Both the position numbers and the translations under genes were made by a program. Source: Squalus acanthias (taxonomy: Eukaryota). Taken from it: 64,000 nucleotides of DNA. The stretch covers positions 128,156,001 through 128,220,000 of the forward strand of contig CM059432.1 in the NCBI GenBank assembly GCA_030390025.1, given 5' to 3'. The notes under the pieces were generated by a model. The model saw only the letters and a list, made by a program, of their open reading frames with translations. It was not told where the DNA came from and did not search any database. Position 1 is the stretch's first letter, and every line of letters begins with the position of its first letter. Shown here one piece after another: positions 22,758 through 36,763 of this stretch.

Positions 22758-25700
22758 ATAAGAACATAAAAATTTGGAGCAGGAATAGGCCATACGGCCC
22801 CTCGAGCCTGCTCCACCATGCAATGAGATCATGGCTGATCGTCGACTTCAACTTCACTTTCCCGCCCGATCTCCATATCCCTTGATTCCTCTAGAGTCCA
22901 AAAATCTATCAATCTCAGCCTTGAATTTACTCCGATTCAGCATCCACTGCCCTTTGGGATAGAGAATTCCAAAGATTCACAACCCTCTGAATGAAGAAAT
23001 TTCTCCTCATCTCAGTCTTAAATGGTCGACCTCTTATCCTGAGACTATGCCCCCTAGTTCTAGATTCCCCAGCCAGGGGAAACAAAATCTCAGCATTTAC
23101 CCTTTCAATCCCCCTCAGAATCTTGTATGTTTCAATGAGATCACCTCATTCTTCTAAATTCCAGAGAGTAAAGGCCCAGTCTACTCAATCTCTCCTCATA
23201 GGACAACCCTCTCATCCCAGGAATCGATCTAGTGAACCTTTGTTGCACCGCCTCTGAGGCAAGTATATCCTTCCCCAGATAAGGAGACCAGAACTGTGCA
23301 TAGTACTCCAGGTGTGGTCTCACCAAAGCCCTGTACAATTGTAGCAAGACTTCCTTACTCTTGTACTTCAACCCAGTTGCAATAAAGGCCAACATGCCAT
23401 TTGCCTTCCTAATTGCCTGCTGTACCTGCATGCTAACTCTGTGTTTCCTGTACGAGGACACCCAAATCTCTCTGCCAACATTTAATAGTTTCTCACCATT
23501 TAAAAAACATTCTGTTGTTCTATTCTTCCTACCAAAGTGAATAACCTCACATTTCCCCACATTATACTCCATCTGCCACCTTATTACCCACTCACTTAAC
23601 CTGTCTTATATCCCTTTGCAGACTTTGTGTCCTCCTCGCCGCTTACTTTCCCACCTAGCTTTGTATTGTCAGCAAACTTGCATACATTACACTCGCTCCC
23701 TTCATCTAAGTCATTAATATAAATTGTAAATAGCTGAGGCCCAAGCACTGATCCTTGCGCACCCCACTAGTTACAGCCTGCCAACCTGAAAATGACCTGT
23801 TTATTCCTACTCTCTGTTTTCTGTCTGTTAACCAATCTTCAATCCATGCTAGTATATTACCCCCAATCTCATGAGCCCTAATTTTGTTTAATAACTTCTT
23901 GTGTGGCACCTTATCGAATGCCTTCTGAAAATCCAAACACAGCACATCCACTGGTTCCCTCTCATTTATTCTGCTAGTTACAACCTCAAGATTCGTCAAA
24001 CACGATTTCCCTTGCATAAATCCGTGTTGACTCTGCCCAATCCTATTATTTTCTAAGTGCCCTGTTACCACGTCCTTAATAATAGATTCTAGCATTTTCC
24101 CTACCACTGATGTCAGGCTAACTAGTCTGCAGATCCCCGTTTTCTCTCTCCCTCCTTTCTTAAATAGTGGGGTTACATTTGCTACCTTCCAATCCGTGGG
24201 AACTATTCTAGAATCTATGGAATTTTGGAAAATGACAACCAATGCATCCACTATCTCTATAAACCACCTCTTTCAATACCTGAGGATGTAGGCCATCAGG
24301 TTCAAGGGGTTTATCAGTTTTCAGTCCCATTAGTTTCTCCAGTACTACTTTTTTTAGTAATAGTAATTTCTTTCAGTTCTTCATTCTCGCTAGACCCTTG
24401 GTTCTCCACTATTTCCGGGAAGTTTTTGCGTCTTCCGTGAAGACAGACGCAAAATATTTGTTTAATTTCTCTGCCATTTCCTTATTCCCCATTATAATTT
24501 CTCCTGTCTCAGCCTGTAAGGGACCAACATTTACTTTCACTAATCTTTTCCTTTTTACATACCTATAGAAGCTTTTACATTCTGTTTTTATGTGTCTCGC
24601 TAGTTTACTCTCATTCTATTTTCCCTTTCTTTATCAATTTCTTGGTCCTCCTTTGCTGAATTCTAAAATTCTCCCAATCTTCAGGCTTACTACTCTTTTT
24701 GGCAACATTATAAGCCTCTTCATTTGATCTAATACTATCTTTAACTTCTCTTGTTAGCCACGGTTGGACCACTTTTCCTGTGGGGTTTTTGTGCCTTAAA
24801 GGAATGTATATTTGTTGTAAATTATGTATTAATTTTTTAAATGCTAGCCATTGCTTCTCTACCGTCATACCTTTTAATGTAGTTTCCCAATCTACCTTAG
24901 CCAACTCGCCACTCATACCTACGTAGTTTGGTTTATTTAGATTTAAGACCCTAAATCACTTTCAAACTCATAGTCATAATGGCACAAAAGAAGGTCATTC
25001 GGCCCATTGAGTCAGTGCAAGCTCTCTGTAGAGCAATCCAGTCAGTCCCATTCCCCCGCTCTATCCCCGTAGCCCTGCAAGTTTATTTCCCTCAAGTGCC
25101 TATCCAGTCTCCCCTAGAAAACATTGAGTGTCTCCGCTTCCACCACTTCCGTCAGCAGCGAATTCCAGGTCCTCACCACTCGCTGCATAAAGTTTTTCCT
25201 CACATCCCCCCCTGTATATTTTGCCCCAAACCTTAAAGCTGTGTCCCCTAGTCCTTGTACCATCCACTAGTGGGAACAACCTTTCCCCATCTAGCCTATC
25301 CAAACCCGTCATAATCTTGTACACCTCTATCAAATCACCCCTCAACCTCCTTTGCTCGAATGAAAACAAATCCAGCTTCTCCAACCTGTCCTTGTAGCTA
25401 AGATCCCCCAATCCCCAGAACCATTCTGGTAAAACTCTTCTGCACCCTCAAGGGCCTTCACATCCTTCCTAAAGTGTGGTGACCAGAACTGGACGCAATA
25501 CTCCAGTTGTGGCCTAACCAGCCTTTTATAAAGGTTCAGCATAACTTCTCTACTTTTGTACTCCATACCGCTATTTGTGAAGCCCAAGATCCCATATGCT
25601 TTGCTAACCACTCTCTCAATATGTCCGACCACCTTCATTAAATCCCAGGTCCCTCTGTCCCTGCACACTCTTTAAAACTGTGCCATTAAGTGTATATTGC

Positions 25701-28700
25701 CTCTCCCTGTTCCTTCTGCCAAAATGCATCACCTCACACTTCTCTGTATTAAATTCCATCTGCCACTTGTCTGCCCATTCTGCTAGCCTTTCTATGTCCT
25801 GTTGCAGTCGATTGGTATTACCATCACAGTTTGCCACACCCCCAGGTTTGGTGTCAAAAAAAGCAGTGGCCCCAGCACTGACCCTTGGGGAACACCACTG
25901 TCTACCATCCTCCAGTCTGAAAAACAGTTATTTCCCACAACTCGCTGTTTTCTGTTCTTAAGCCAATTCCTTATCCAAGCTGTCACTGACCCACCTATTC
26001 CATGAACCTCAATTTTGTTAACCAGCCTTCTATGTGGTACTTTGTCAAACGCCTGTCGAAAATCCATGTAGACAACATCCATTCATCAATCCTCCCTGTT
26101 ACTTCATCAAAAAATTCAATTAGATTAGTCAAACACGATCTGCCTTTTACAAATCCGTGTTGGCTCTCCTTAATTAGCTTAAACCTCTCCAAGTGCCCAT
26201 TCATTTTTTCCTTGATTATTGTTTCTAAAACTTTACCCACCACTGATGTTAAACTGACCGGCCTGTAGTTACTAGGATTGTCCTTACACCCTTGAACAAT
26301 GGTGTCACATTTGCCACTTTCCAATCCTCAGGCACCTCCCCCACATCTAGGGAAGATTGGAAAATTATGGCAAGCCCTTCTGCTATCTCCTCCCCCAATT
26401 TCCTTAGCAACCTGGGATGCAAGCCATCTGGACCAGGCGACTTATCCACTCTAAGCATACCCAGCCTTTCTAGTATATCCTGTCTATTAATTTTCACCCC
26501 TTCCATTGCTTCTACCTTTTCCACTTCTACCGATATTTTGTCAGCATCCACCTCCTTAGTAAACACCGATACAAAGTACTCAGAGTATTCTAGCCTTGCC
26601 CTGCGCCTCTAAGCATATATCACCTTCTTTGTCCCTAATAGGCCCCACCCTGCCTCTTACTTACCGCTTACTGTTTACATGCTGGTAGAAGATTTTTGGG
26701 TTCCCTGTTATGTTAACCGCCATTCTACTCTCATATTCTCTCTTTGCCAATCTTATTTTCATCTTCACTTCTCCTCTCAACTTATTGTATTTGGTCTGGT
26801 TCTCCCTTGAAGAATTCACCTGAAATTCATCATACACCCTATTTTTTTGTTTCATCATCTTCTCAATCTCGCTCGTCACCCAAGGAGCCCTTGCTTTGGT
26901 TCCCTTACCTTTCTCTCTTGTTGGAATGTACCTAGCCTGTACTTGGAACATCTGCTCCTTAAAGATCACCCATAGTTCCATTACAGTTTTTCCTGTCAGT
27001 CTTTGGTTCCATTTTACCCTGGCTAGATCCTTTCGCATCCCATTGAGGTTAGCCCTATTCCAGTTTAGAAGTTCCACTCTAGATTGTTCCTTGCTCCTCT
27101 CCATTGCTAATCTAAATCTTATGATACGATGATCATTCGTACCCTAATGTTCTCCCACAGACACTTGGTCAACCTGGACCACCTCATTCTCCAGCACCAG
27201 ATCCAGCAACGTCTCCTTCCTAGTTGGGCCAAGAACATACTGGTCAAGGAAATTCTCCTGAACACATTTCAGAAATTCCTCCCCCTCCTTTCCCTTTACC
27301 CTAGCATTATCCCAATCGATATTTGGGTAATTAAAGTCTCCCAATATCACCACTCTACAGCTCTTACAGGTCTCTGCGATTTCCCTGCAGATTTGCTCCT
27401 CTACGTCCCTCTCACTATTTGGAGGCCTGTAGAATACCCCCAATAGTGTGATCAAACCCTTTTTGCTCCTCAACTCTAACCAAATGGATTCTGTCCTTGT
27501 CCCCTCAACAACATCCTCCCTTTCCAACACTGCAATGTCTTCCTTAATCAGCACTGCCACCCCACCTCCCTTTTTCCCTTCCCTATCTTTTCTGAACACC
27601 TTGTACCTTTGAATATTAAGTGCCCAGTTCTCACCCGTTTTAAGCCATGTTTCCGTTATTGCCACATCATATTGCCACACTGCTAATTGTGCTTGTAGCT
27701 CAGCAACCTTATTCACCATACTTTGTGCATTTACGTACATGCATTCTAAACCCATTTTTGAATTTTTCATAGTCTTAGTATAATATTCCATGAATTTGTC
27801 CTCCACACTATTACTGCAAATTTGGTTTGCCCAGTCCATATGTAGATTAAAGTCCCCCATGATTACTATATTACCCTTGTTATATGCACCTCCAATTTTC
27901 TGATTTATACTCTGCCCTACATAACAACTACTGTTTGGGGGGCCTATAAACAACTCCCACCAATGTTTTCTGCCCCTTGCTGTTTTGTAGCTCCACCCAA
28001 ATTGATTCTACTACTTGATTTTCAGAGCTAAGATCCTTTCTCTCTACTGTCTTTATCCCATCCTTTATTATCAGGGCCACCCCTCCTTCTTTTCCATTTT
28101 GCCTATCTCTTCTAAAAAGTTAAGTATTCTGGAATATTTAGTTCCCTACCTTGGCCCCTTTGCAACCACGTCTCCATTATGGCTATTAGATCAAACCAGT
28201 TAATTTCTATCTGTGCTATTAATTCATCTATTTTGTTGCGAATGCTTCAAGCATTCAGATATAGTGCCTTTAGCTTTGACTTATTTCTATTTTTCCCTGA
28301 TGTCACCTTAGTCACTGACGCCTTATTACCTTTGTTACTCTCTCTGTCCCTTCCTGACCCACTCTGCTTATTTTTGCCCAAAACTCTACTCTGCTCTCGA
28401 GCCTTGACATTTCTCTCGCTGCTTTTAAATTTACTCTTTCCTGAAGCCTTCCACCCCCCCTCATTAGTTTAAAGCCCTGTCTACTGCCCTAGTTATTCGG
28501 TTCGCCAGGACACTGGTCCCAGCCCGGTTTAAGTGGAGCCCATCCCAACGGAACAGCTCCCTCTTTCCCCAGTACTGGTGCCAGTGCCCCATGAACTGAA
28601 ACCCCTTTCTCCCACACCACTCTTTGAGCCACGCATTTAAACCTCTAATCTGTTTGTCCCTATGCCAATTTGCGCGTGGCTCAGGTAACAATCCAGAGAT

Positions 28701-29430
28701 TATTACCTTTGAGGTTCTGCTTTTTAATTTGGATCCTAGCTCCTCAAACTCCCTCAGCAGAACCTCATTCCTAGTTCTACCTATGTCGTTGGTTTCTACG
28801 TGGACCACGACAACTGGATCCTCCCCCTCCCACTTCAAGTTCTTCTCCAGCCGTAGGAGATGTCTTTAACCCTGGCACCGGGCAGGCAACACAACCTTCG
28901 GAACTCTCAGTCGCGGCTGCAGAGAACAGTATCTATCCCCCTGACTATACTGTCACCTACCACAGCTGCATTCCCTTTCACTCCCCCCACTTGAATGGCC
29001 TCCTGCACCATGGTGCCATGGTCAGCTTGCTCATCCATCCTCCAGGCTTTTCCCTCATCCAGACAGGCAGCAAGAACCTCATACCTGTTGGACAAGGGCA
29101 AAGGCTGAGGCTCCTCCAGCACTGCAGCTGGGGTCCCCTTACCTGCCTGAGTTGCAGTCACACCCTCCTGTCCCTGACCACTAACCAGACCTGTACCGCT
29201 ACCTAGCCTAAGGGGTGTGACTGCCTCCTGGATCAAAGTGTCCAGGTAACTCTCCCCCTCCCTGATGCCCCACAATGTCTGCACCTCAGACTCCAGCTCA
29301 AAAACTCTGAGCTGAAGTTCCTCGAGATGCAGGCACTTACTGCAAACGTGCTTGTCAGGGATCACAATGCTCTCCACAAACTCCGACATGCTGCAGTTGC
29401 GGCACACCACCTGCACTGCCATCCCTATAT
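22758..29430 (-). mobile_element. Near full-length decayed CR1 (family 2), interrupted at about 24968-27785
   Basis: ORF1 zinc finger/coiled coil (CRNC..CSKC, 28907-29422) and SGNH esterase (VVGDSIVR, TNDIG, DGLHLN). ORF2 EN and RT fragments; 3' terminal repeat near 22758. Confidence 0.9.
24968..27785 (-). mobile_element. CR1 family 1 copy nested inside the family 2 copy
   Basis: Highly similar to the reverse complement of 5990-13370 with that copy's insertions removed; tatgac-type tail near 24968. Confidence 0.9.
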
Positions 29431-29509
29431 GACCTTGTTTTATTTGTATTTAGATAACTTAGTTTACAGTGTAGTTTCTTGACTACTTACGTGATATAGA
29501 TTTCTAGTT

Positions 29510-30720
29510 AGTTTTATTCTAATTCTGTTTTCTCCCTTATTATCAATTTTTTGGTCATCCTTTGCTGGTTTCTAAAGCTCTCCCAATCCTCAGGCTTACT
29601 ACTATTCTTCACAATATTATAAGCCTCTTTTAATCTAATACTATCCTTAACTTCTTTAGTTAGCCACGGATGGATCACTTTTCCCATGGAGTTTTATTTC
29701 TCAATGGAATGTCTAATCATTAAGAATTTTGGAATATTTCTTTAAATGTTTGCCACTGCTTATCTACCATCGTAACTTTTAATCTAATTTCCCAATCTAC
29801 CTTAGCTCACTCACCCCTCATACCATTGGCTTTATTTAATTTTAAGACTCTCATTTCTGACTGAAGTATTTCACTCTCAAACCCAGTGTGAAATGCTATC
29901 ATACTATGTTCACTCTTTCCCCAGAGGATCCTTTACTATGAGATTACTAATTAACTCTCTCTCATTACAGAATACAAGATCTAAAATAGCCTGTTCCGTG
30001 GCTGGTTCCACGACTTATTGTTCTAGGAAACTGTCTTGAATGCATTCCATGAACTTGTCCTCCAGACTACCTTCGCCAATTTGATTTGCCCAGTTTATAT
30101 GAAGATTAAAGTCCCCCACAATTACTGCATTACCTTTGTTACAAGCTCCTATTATTTATTGATTAATACTCTGTCCAATGGTATAGCTACTGTTCGGGGG
30201 CCTGTAAACTACTCCCACCAGTTGTTTCTGCCACTTGTTATTACTTATCTCCACCCATACTGATTCGACTTCCTCATCTTCCGAGCCAAGATCCTTTCTC
30301 ACTACTGTCCTTTTGTCATCCTTATCAAGGATACCTCCCCCCTCCTTTTCCATTCTGCTTGTAATTTCGAAACGTCGAGTACCCTGGAATATTTAGTTCC
30401 CCACCTTGGTCACTGTAATGGCTATTAAATCAAACCCATTTATCTCTTTGTGCCATTAATTCGTCTATCTTGTTACGAATGCTTCATGCATTCAGATAAA
30501 GAGCCTTTAATTTTAATTTTTTACCATTTTCCCTGCTTTCACCTTGTTCACTGATGCACTATTATCGTTAAACTCCCTGTCCCTTCCTGTCACGCTCTGC
30601 TTATCTTTACCCAAATCACTGCACTGCTCCATTGCCTTGACTTTTCTCTTTAGATTTCTAAATTTCCCCTCGCCTGATCCCTTCTCTTTCTCCCCACCCC
30701 CCCGCCTTTTTTTTAGTTTA
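29510..30720 (-). mobile_element. CR1 ORF2 5' fragment (endonuclease region)
   Basis: Coding for ESVWVEI and LVGVVYRPPNS; homologous to 17008-17900. Confidence 0.85.
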
Positions 30721-31444
30721 AAATAATGGATATTTAGAGTAAGCTTTGTAGAGTAATAAACCAGCAAACAGAACGAGCCTTTGGCTAAGTGATGGCATTC
30801 CCACCTCTAAGTCACAAGATGCAGTTTTCAAACCCTGCTCCAGTCAGTTCCGGTGAGTGGAGACCAGAGCTCCAGCTCTGAATTCCGAGTTGACATCCAG
30901 TAGGCATTTTGCAGTGGGCGGGTGTGCGTAGCATCTCAATCGTATGGGTTGTGAGAGCCCATAAGACGCTCCCGTCATATAGGGCTAACCACCCTATCGG
31001 CTTGTAGAATGATAGTTACAACCATGGAAGGAGGCTTCACGTCATACCTTGTCAGACTGTTAATCAGCCAGGGAATCCTTCCACTATTTCACATTATTCT
31101 CCAAGGGAAGAATTTTTTTTTATTTTTCCTTTCTCCTGTTTTCCATGGTCCTTTAGAAAATCAAAGCAGAATGGGGACAGTGATTGTGGGACCCCTTAGA
31201 AACCATAGATTTTTACATTACAACAGTGACTACGTTTCAGAAGTACTTCATTGGTTGTAAAGTGCTTTGGGATGTCATGAGGTCGTAAAAAGCACTACAT
31301 AAATGTTTTTTTTTTCTGCCTGTCTGCCTGTCTCCTCTGACTCCCTGACAATGCCAGGGGAGAGCTGGTCGTTTGTGTTTATTAGATGAATTATTAGTAT
31401 TTCAAAGTGCACACTGTTAATGTGGATCTTTTTTTAAACAACAG

Positions 31445-31530
31445 GAGCCAGGGGAGACGGTGCTTCATCTAGCAGTGCGAACTGCTGACAGGACCTCACT
31501 CCACCTGGTTGACTTTCTTGTCCAGAACAG
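31445..31530 (+). CDS. ASAP1: ASAP1 coding exon (ankyrin repeat)
   Basis: acag acceptor, gtagg donor, 86 bp. Translates EPGETVLHLAVRTADRTSLHLVDFLVQN; phases match both neighbours. Confidence 0.95.
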
Positions 31531-32017
31531 GTAGGAAATCACTCAATAGTAAATTCAGTTTTTTCCATTAATATCCAGTATCTTTTAACTCATGTTGGCC
31601 ATATTGGTCACTGCAAGGTGTTCTAGCATTACATATAGTGCATCCATTTTGTGATTATTTCAAAATGTAAGAAAAGGCAAAGGTCATACCCGAGTACCAC
31701 CAGCCTCAGCCTAACAAAATAGCATGTATGACACTTCACATCACTCCAATAGGCATTACACAAACCTACCAACAATGTGTTTGTTCAGCCTCAGCTGTTT
31801 TATTGGAAATGTCCACATCATTGAGTTGGCTTAGGAAAAAATAATGGTTTGTTTGTCAGTCTAAATACTTCACTTTATAATTTATCCAGTTTAAGAAGGG
31901 ATATAAAAATGATAATGAATAGAGAGCAGCAAATGAGGAAGCAGTAAAAAGAGAGATTTGGATTACATAAATATGAAATAAAAGTATAGAGTTTCTACTG
32001 TTCTCTTAAACCAAATA

Positions 32018-32430
32018 CAGGAAACTTTCGTTTATCCGGCACCCAAATATCCGGAATTCTCGCTTAACCGGCAAAAATCATCCTCCGAAAACTCCTCTCA
32101 AATAACCGGCAATGTTGCCGAGTCGCAGTCGAGTCTCCGCGAACGCCGAGTGCTCCGAAAAATCCTCTCAAATAACCGGCAATGTTGCCGATCCCGAGTC
32201 CGAGTCCGAGAACGCCGATTTAGTCAGTAGGGGTACTTTTCAAAAGTGCCACTACTCGGCCTCCTGGCGCAAGTCCGAAACATTGCAGTAGCAGGAGTAG
32301 ATTCTCCTGTGCTGCTTGGAGTCTCTTTGTTAAAAATAGACTCGGTAGATATAACTCTCTGTTATCCGGTACTTTCGATAAACCGGCACCACGCCGGTCC
32401 CGTCGATGCCGGATAAACGAAAGTTTCCTG
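32018..32430. mobile_element. Tc1/mariner-superfamily (pogo/Tigger-like) MITE
   Basis: Perfect 24-bp TIR caggaaactttcgtttatccggca / tgccggataaacgaaagtttcctg, flanked by TA on both sides. Internal 70-bp direct repeat at 32083-32218. Confidence 0.92.
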
Positions 32431-33436
32431 TACTGCATTAATGCCTTCAACTCTTCCTGACTATGTTTTTAGAATGTATATTAACTTTTATTTGTTAGAG
32501 ATTAAAATTATTGATTTTTTTTTTCAGCATTCAGATGGTTTTCTCGTACAAAGTAATCGCATGTCTTTTTTTGCAGTGCAATAACACATTATTCACTGCT
32601 TATTTCAGAGATAATAATGATAATTGGGAGTCTACCACATAATCTGAGAGTCAAATTGGTTTGCACAGGTTTCTGAATGAAAATAGCGTTTTTCTGTTCT
32701 GATCAGACTCCTGGCCTTGGTTTTTTTCTAATATAGAAACCCTGTGGGTTTCTTAAACCATTTCTAAGCTTTAACATTGGATTTTCTGTCTTCCATTATT
32801 ACTGCACATTTTTTTCTTATTTCAGTCAATTAAGGATGTTAAGTGCAACTCTGCATTTTACGACCGGATGAATGCATAGTTTACCAGTTTATGATGCTTG
32901 GTCAGTGTTATAATGGTGTCAGTTGACTCAGAGATGGTTTTGCTGAAAATTATAACTGTTTTATATCTAGCACTTCTGTATGTTATGTATGTTAAAAACA
33001 TTTTGAATACAAATATTGAAGGACGGTGGTACGGTGCAGGTATGCACCCACGATTCCCCAGATGGTGAGTACTCATTCTCAACCATACTTCATTGAGGAA
33101 GTTTCCCATAGAAATGACTAAATTTAAGGATATAAAAAGGTATCCATCCACCCTGATGTATATCTGGGTGGCTGGTTATAGAACAGCATTCAGAGTCTTG
33201 GTCAGTCCTGGAAGCAGGACCCTGGTCCATCCTCTGAACCGGAACCAGGGAAGATATGTAGTAAGAGGAGACTGAGCGGAAGGAAACTAAACAAATTGCA
33301 TTTTCCCCCACCTCATATAAATATATTCTGAAAATTAAAGGATTAATGGTTTTTAGTATATCAATATACATCACATCCATTTGGGTCAATAAAAAAACTT
33401 ACATTGGCATTTACATTAATTTATATTCTTGTACAG

Positions 33437-33552
33437 TGGCAATCTGGACAAGCAGACTACAAAAGGAAACACAGCTGTACATTACTGCTGCATGTTGGAT
33501 AAAGTGGAATGTTTAAAATTGCTTCTTCGGGGCAAACCAAGTTTAAATCTAG
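33437..33552 (+). CDS. ASAP1: ASAP1 coding exon (ankyrin repeat)
   Basis: tacag acceptor, gtaag donor, 116 bp. Translates (S)GNLDKQTTKGNTAVHYCCMLDKVECLKLLLRGKPSLNL. Confidence 0.95.
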
Positions 33553-35579
33553 GTAAGTGTACTGTCTGTGGCTTTGAATTGCATTTTCTTTTAACCCTTC
33601 ACTGCCAGCAGACCCCAGGAAATGACTTATCTCCTTGGCTCAGCATTCATTCTTCATCTTAAGCAGTGTGGCACTAATTTTGCAGAACTAATGCTGCTCA
33701 ATATCTGTAATAGCCTTATTATTGTAATGTTAACCACAAACTACAAAAATAAACATCTGAAATATAATTTAGATAATTTTAAAAATGGAAATTATCTACT
33801 CACCTGGTCATCCCATTTTACACATTCTCTCTTTACTCTATCTCCTACTAATATATAAACTTAATTTTATTTTTTTCTATTTAATCTGTCTATTCTCTTT
33901 GTCAGCCTTAAAAATAACTTCAAAATCTTCCATTTATCTGCTTTCCTTAACCTGCTGGTTCCCATTATCTCTTTTGCAAAGAGAACAAGTTCCAAAAAAA
34001 TGCACTTTAATTGATCTAAAACAGCCATTAAAGGCAAGTTTTTTTAACTGATTGAAAGTCCCGGCATTGCAGATTGACAAATTGGCAGTCCCTGTGGACC
34101 AATAGCACCCAAAATGGCACTATTGAGTCAAGGGTCAGTATTAGGCATGGTTCCTCGACATTCATATTACCTTTCATTCATTCTTTCTTTCATGCTCTTT
34201 CTCCTCTCTCCCTTATCGATATATCTCTACTATGTGTATATGGACATGGCTCACCTATTTACCATGAAAGAGTAGGAAGAGTCACATAAGCAACGTTCCT
34301 GACATCATGATATTAGTGTGTCAGAACTTCTTAGTGGGAAGTCGTGCCTTGTGATTCTTCCCCAGCAGAACACTCTACCAGTGTGAAAGATGCCTTTGAT
34401 GTGAAGAACACTCAATCAGGTAACCCGAACATGCACAGGTACATATCTCTGTGCTGCTGTGGTTTTAATCCATAATGTCTGTAGGGTTACTGCTGCTTTA
34501 ACCACTGGAATGCTAAAGTTAATTCAAGTACTCCAGAATTATTCTTTCCTTTTATCTTGAATAAATTAGGATGATATCCAACCAGCAAACAAAAAGCAAC
34601 TGAAAAGTTAGCAAGTATACCTTAAGAGCAGTAGGTGCTTTTGAATGCAAAGAGCCAGTTTCCTGACTTAGTCAAGAGAAAATACGCAACCTGGGTTGGG
34701 GCACAGCCAAAGCCGGAGGATTGGTGGAGGACAGGAGGGAGATCCAAGAATGGGTGGGAAATGGCAGGGGGTCAGAACCCAGCTGAGGTACATAGTGAAA
34801 CCTACAAATGGGCAGAAAATAGTAGTGGTTGTGGGAACCATTGATGGTGGTCCCTTTTTAAAAATACATAAAAAAAAGAAAAACATTTAAAAAAAACTTA
34901 TCTGATTGGTAATAGCCTGAAACTTGTTGCCACAGTGTCAGCTAGGCTGGAGACAGACTTTAAAGGTCTTTAGACAAGTAGACAACAATATCACCTACCT
35001 TGGAGACCAAATGTGGAGGACTCAGGTTAGTAAAGTCAGTAGAAAAATGTGACAAAGATAGCATGACACTAGTGTGACTGATTGGAAATAAATATGATAG
35101 AAAAAGTGTTATAGGAAATAACTGTTACACTACAGGAAGTGCACACAGATGCAAGACTTTCTGTATTCTATAGATAGATGGAAGATCTCAACAGAAACCA
35201 ATTAGTTGCAACAAAACAATTGGCCTATCAAACAAAAGTCACAACTGCCTGTTCTGTTTACACTATTCCCTGACCCAGCCTAACATTTTAATCTCTTAGC
35301 TGAGTAAAATTATGGTAAACTGGGGAGTTCACCATAAGTTGTGCATGATCTGAATTTATAAATGGAAGTCTGATCGTGACCATCTATAATAAATCATTTA
35401 ATGTTTTTTATTATAAAATCTAAACATTTTTTGTGAGTATTGAAACAAAAATGTATTTGTATAATCTACACTAAATGGATACTGCAGAAAATTGCTTTCT
35501 GCTGCAGGAAAATTGTTGGCTGCATTGTAATTTTTCTCTCCCTTGTCTGTATCAGGTACTAAATATATTTTCTTTACAG

Positions 35580-35647
35580 TAAACCAGAGTAGTGAGACAG
35601 CTCTTGATATAGCAAGAAGATTGAAGCGTGCACAGTGTGAAGAACTG
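35580..35647 (+). CDS. ASAP1: ASAP1 coding exon (ankyrin repeat)
   Basis: tttacag acceptor, gtaag donor, 68 bp. Translates (V)NQSSETALDIARRLKRAQCEEL. Confidence 0.94.
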
Positions 35648-36359
35648 GTAAGAAATGGTTCAGTTTATTGCATTCATACTGATTTCTGTTCCACAGAATT
35701 CCTAGACCCGTCTTAGATTTGACACTTCATCAAACACTAACATTAATAATACAATCATTTTTTCTTGTCTAAACCCAAACATTCGGACTCACGGACAGGA
35801 TGCCAAAAAAGGCTATGACCAACATTATTATTCTCCCATACCCACTCTCCTGCCTGTTGAGCTGCCTCTTGAGAACCATCTTGGCTTAATCTACTCGTGC
35901 AACTTTTACAGCTACTGGCAGAAGATGCACCTTCCCACAGTCACATGGATTAAGCTCCTGTGGAACATGTGCCAGTCAGAGGGTATGATGTTTGACCTTG
36001 CCTGAGGAAGGACCCCCTTCCTTGTACAGCCTCCACCACTTAAAACATCCACGTTTAAAACGGGCAGCTGCTTCTTTCTACCAAAAAACTATAACCATTA
36101 CCCATTTGCATTAACATTAATTTCAAAGTTGCCAGTTATAACGTCTTAAGTTCTCTGTTTATTTCAGGCAGAAACAGCTGTGATACTCCCTAATTACATT
36201 TCAGAATTAACTGTTTTCTACAAGGCACAGTGGTTTTGCCATTTGCCTGCATTCAAATGATATGGTTTGGCCATATAAATTAAATCTCTAGAATTGCATA
36301 GTACTGTATTGGCCAGAAGATTCTCAGTGTATTGGATTTTAGACTAAATGATGCAGGTC

Positions 36360-36665
36360 ATTCTTTGATGAAGTAACAGAGAGGGTTGATGAAGGTAGTG
36401 CAGTAGATGTATATATGGTTTTTATCAAATGTCTTTAAAGTACTACATAACAGACTTATTCAGAAAATAGAAGGACGTGGAATTAGAGACGGTGGTAACT
36501 TGGTTACGTAATTGGCTAAGAGATAGGAGGCAAAGAGTAGTGGTGAACAGATGATTTTCTGACTGGAGAGAAGTATGCAATGGGGTCCTCCAGGGATCAT
36601 TATTAGGACGATTGCTTTTCTTGTTGTATATGAATGACCTGGACGTGAATATAGGGAGTACAAAT
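36360..36665 (+). mobile_element. Old CR1 RT fragment
   Basis: Degenerate coding for FFDEVT..VDEG..VDV and G.PPGS.LG. Confidence 0.65.
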
Positions 36666-36763
36666 TTGAATCTACTTTGTAGATTATTTCAAACGGTAGA
36701 TTTTAAACCTGAAAAGCTGGTGAAGATCGTTGCCTGCCACCGTCAGGATCTCTGACATAAAGC

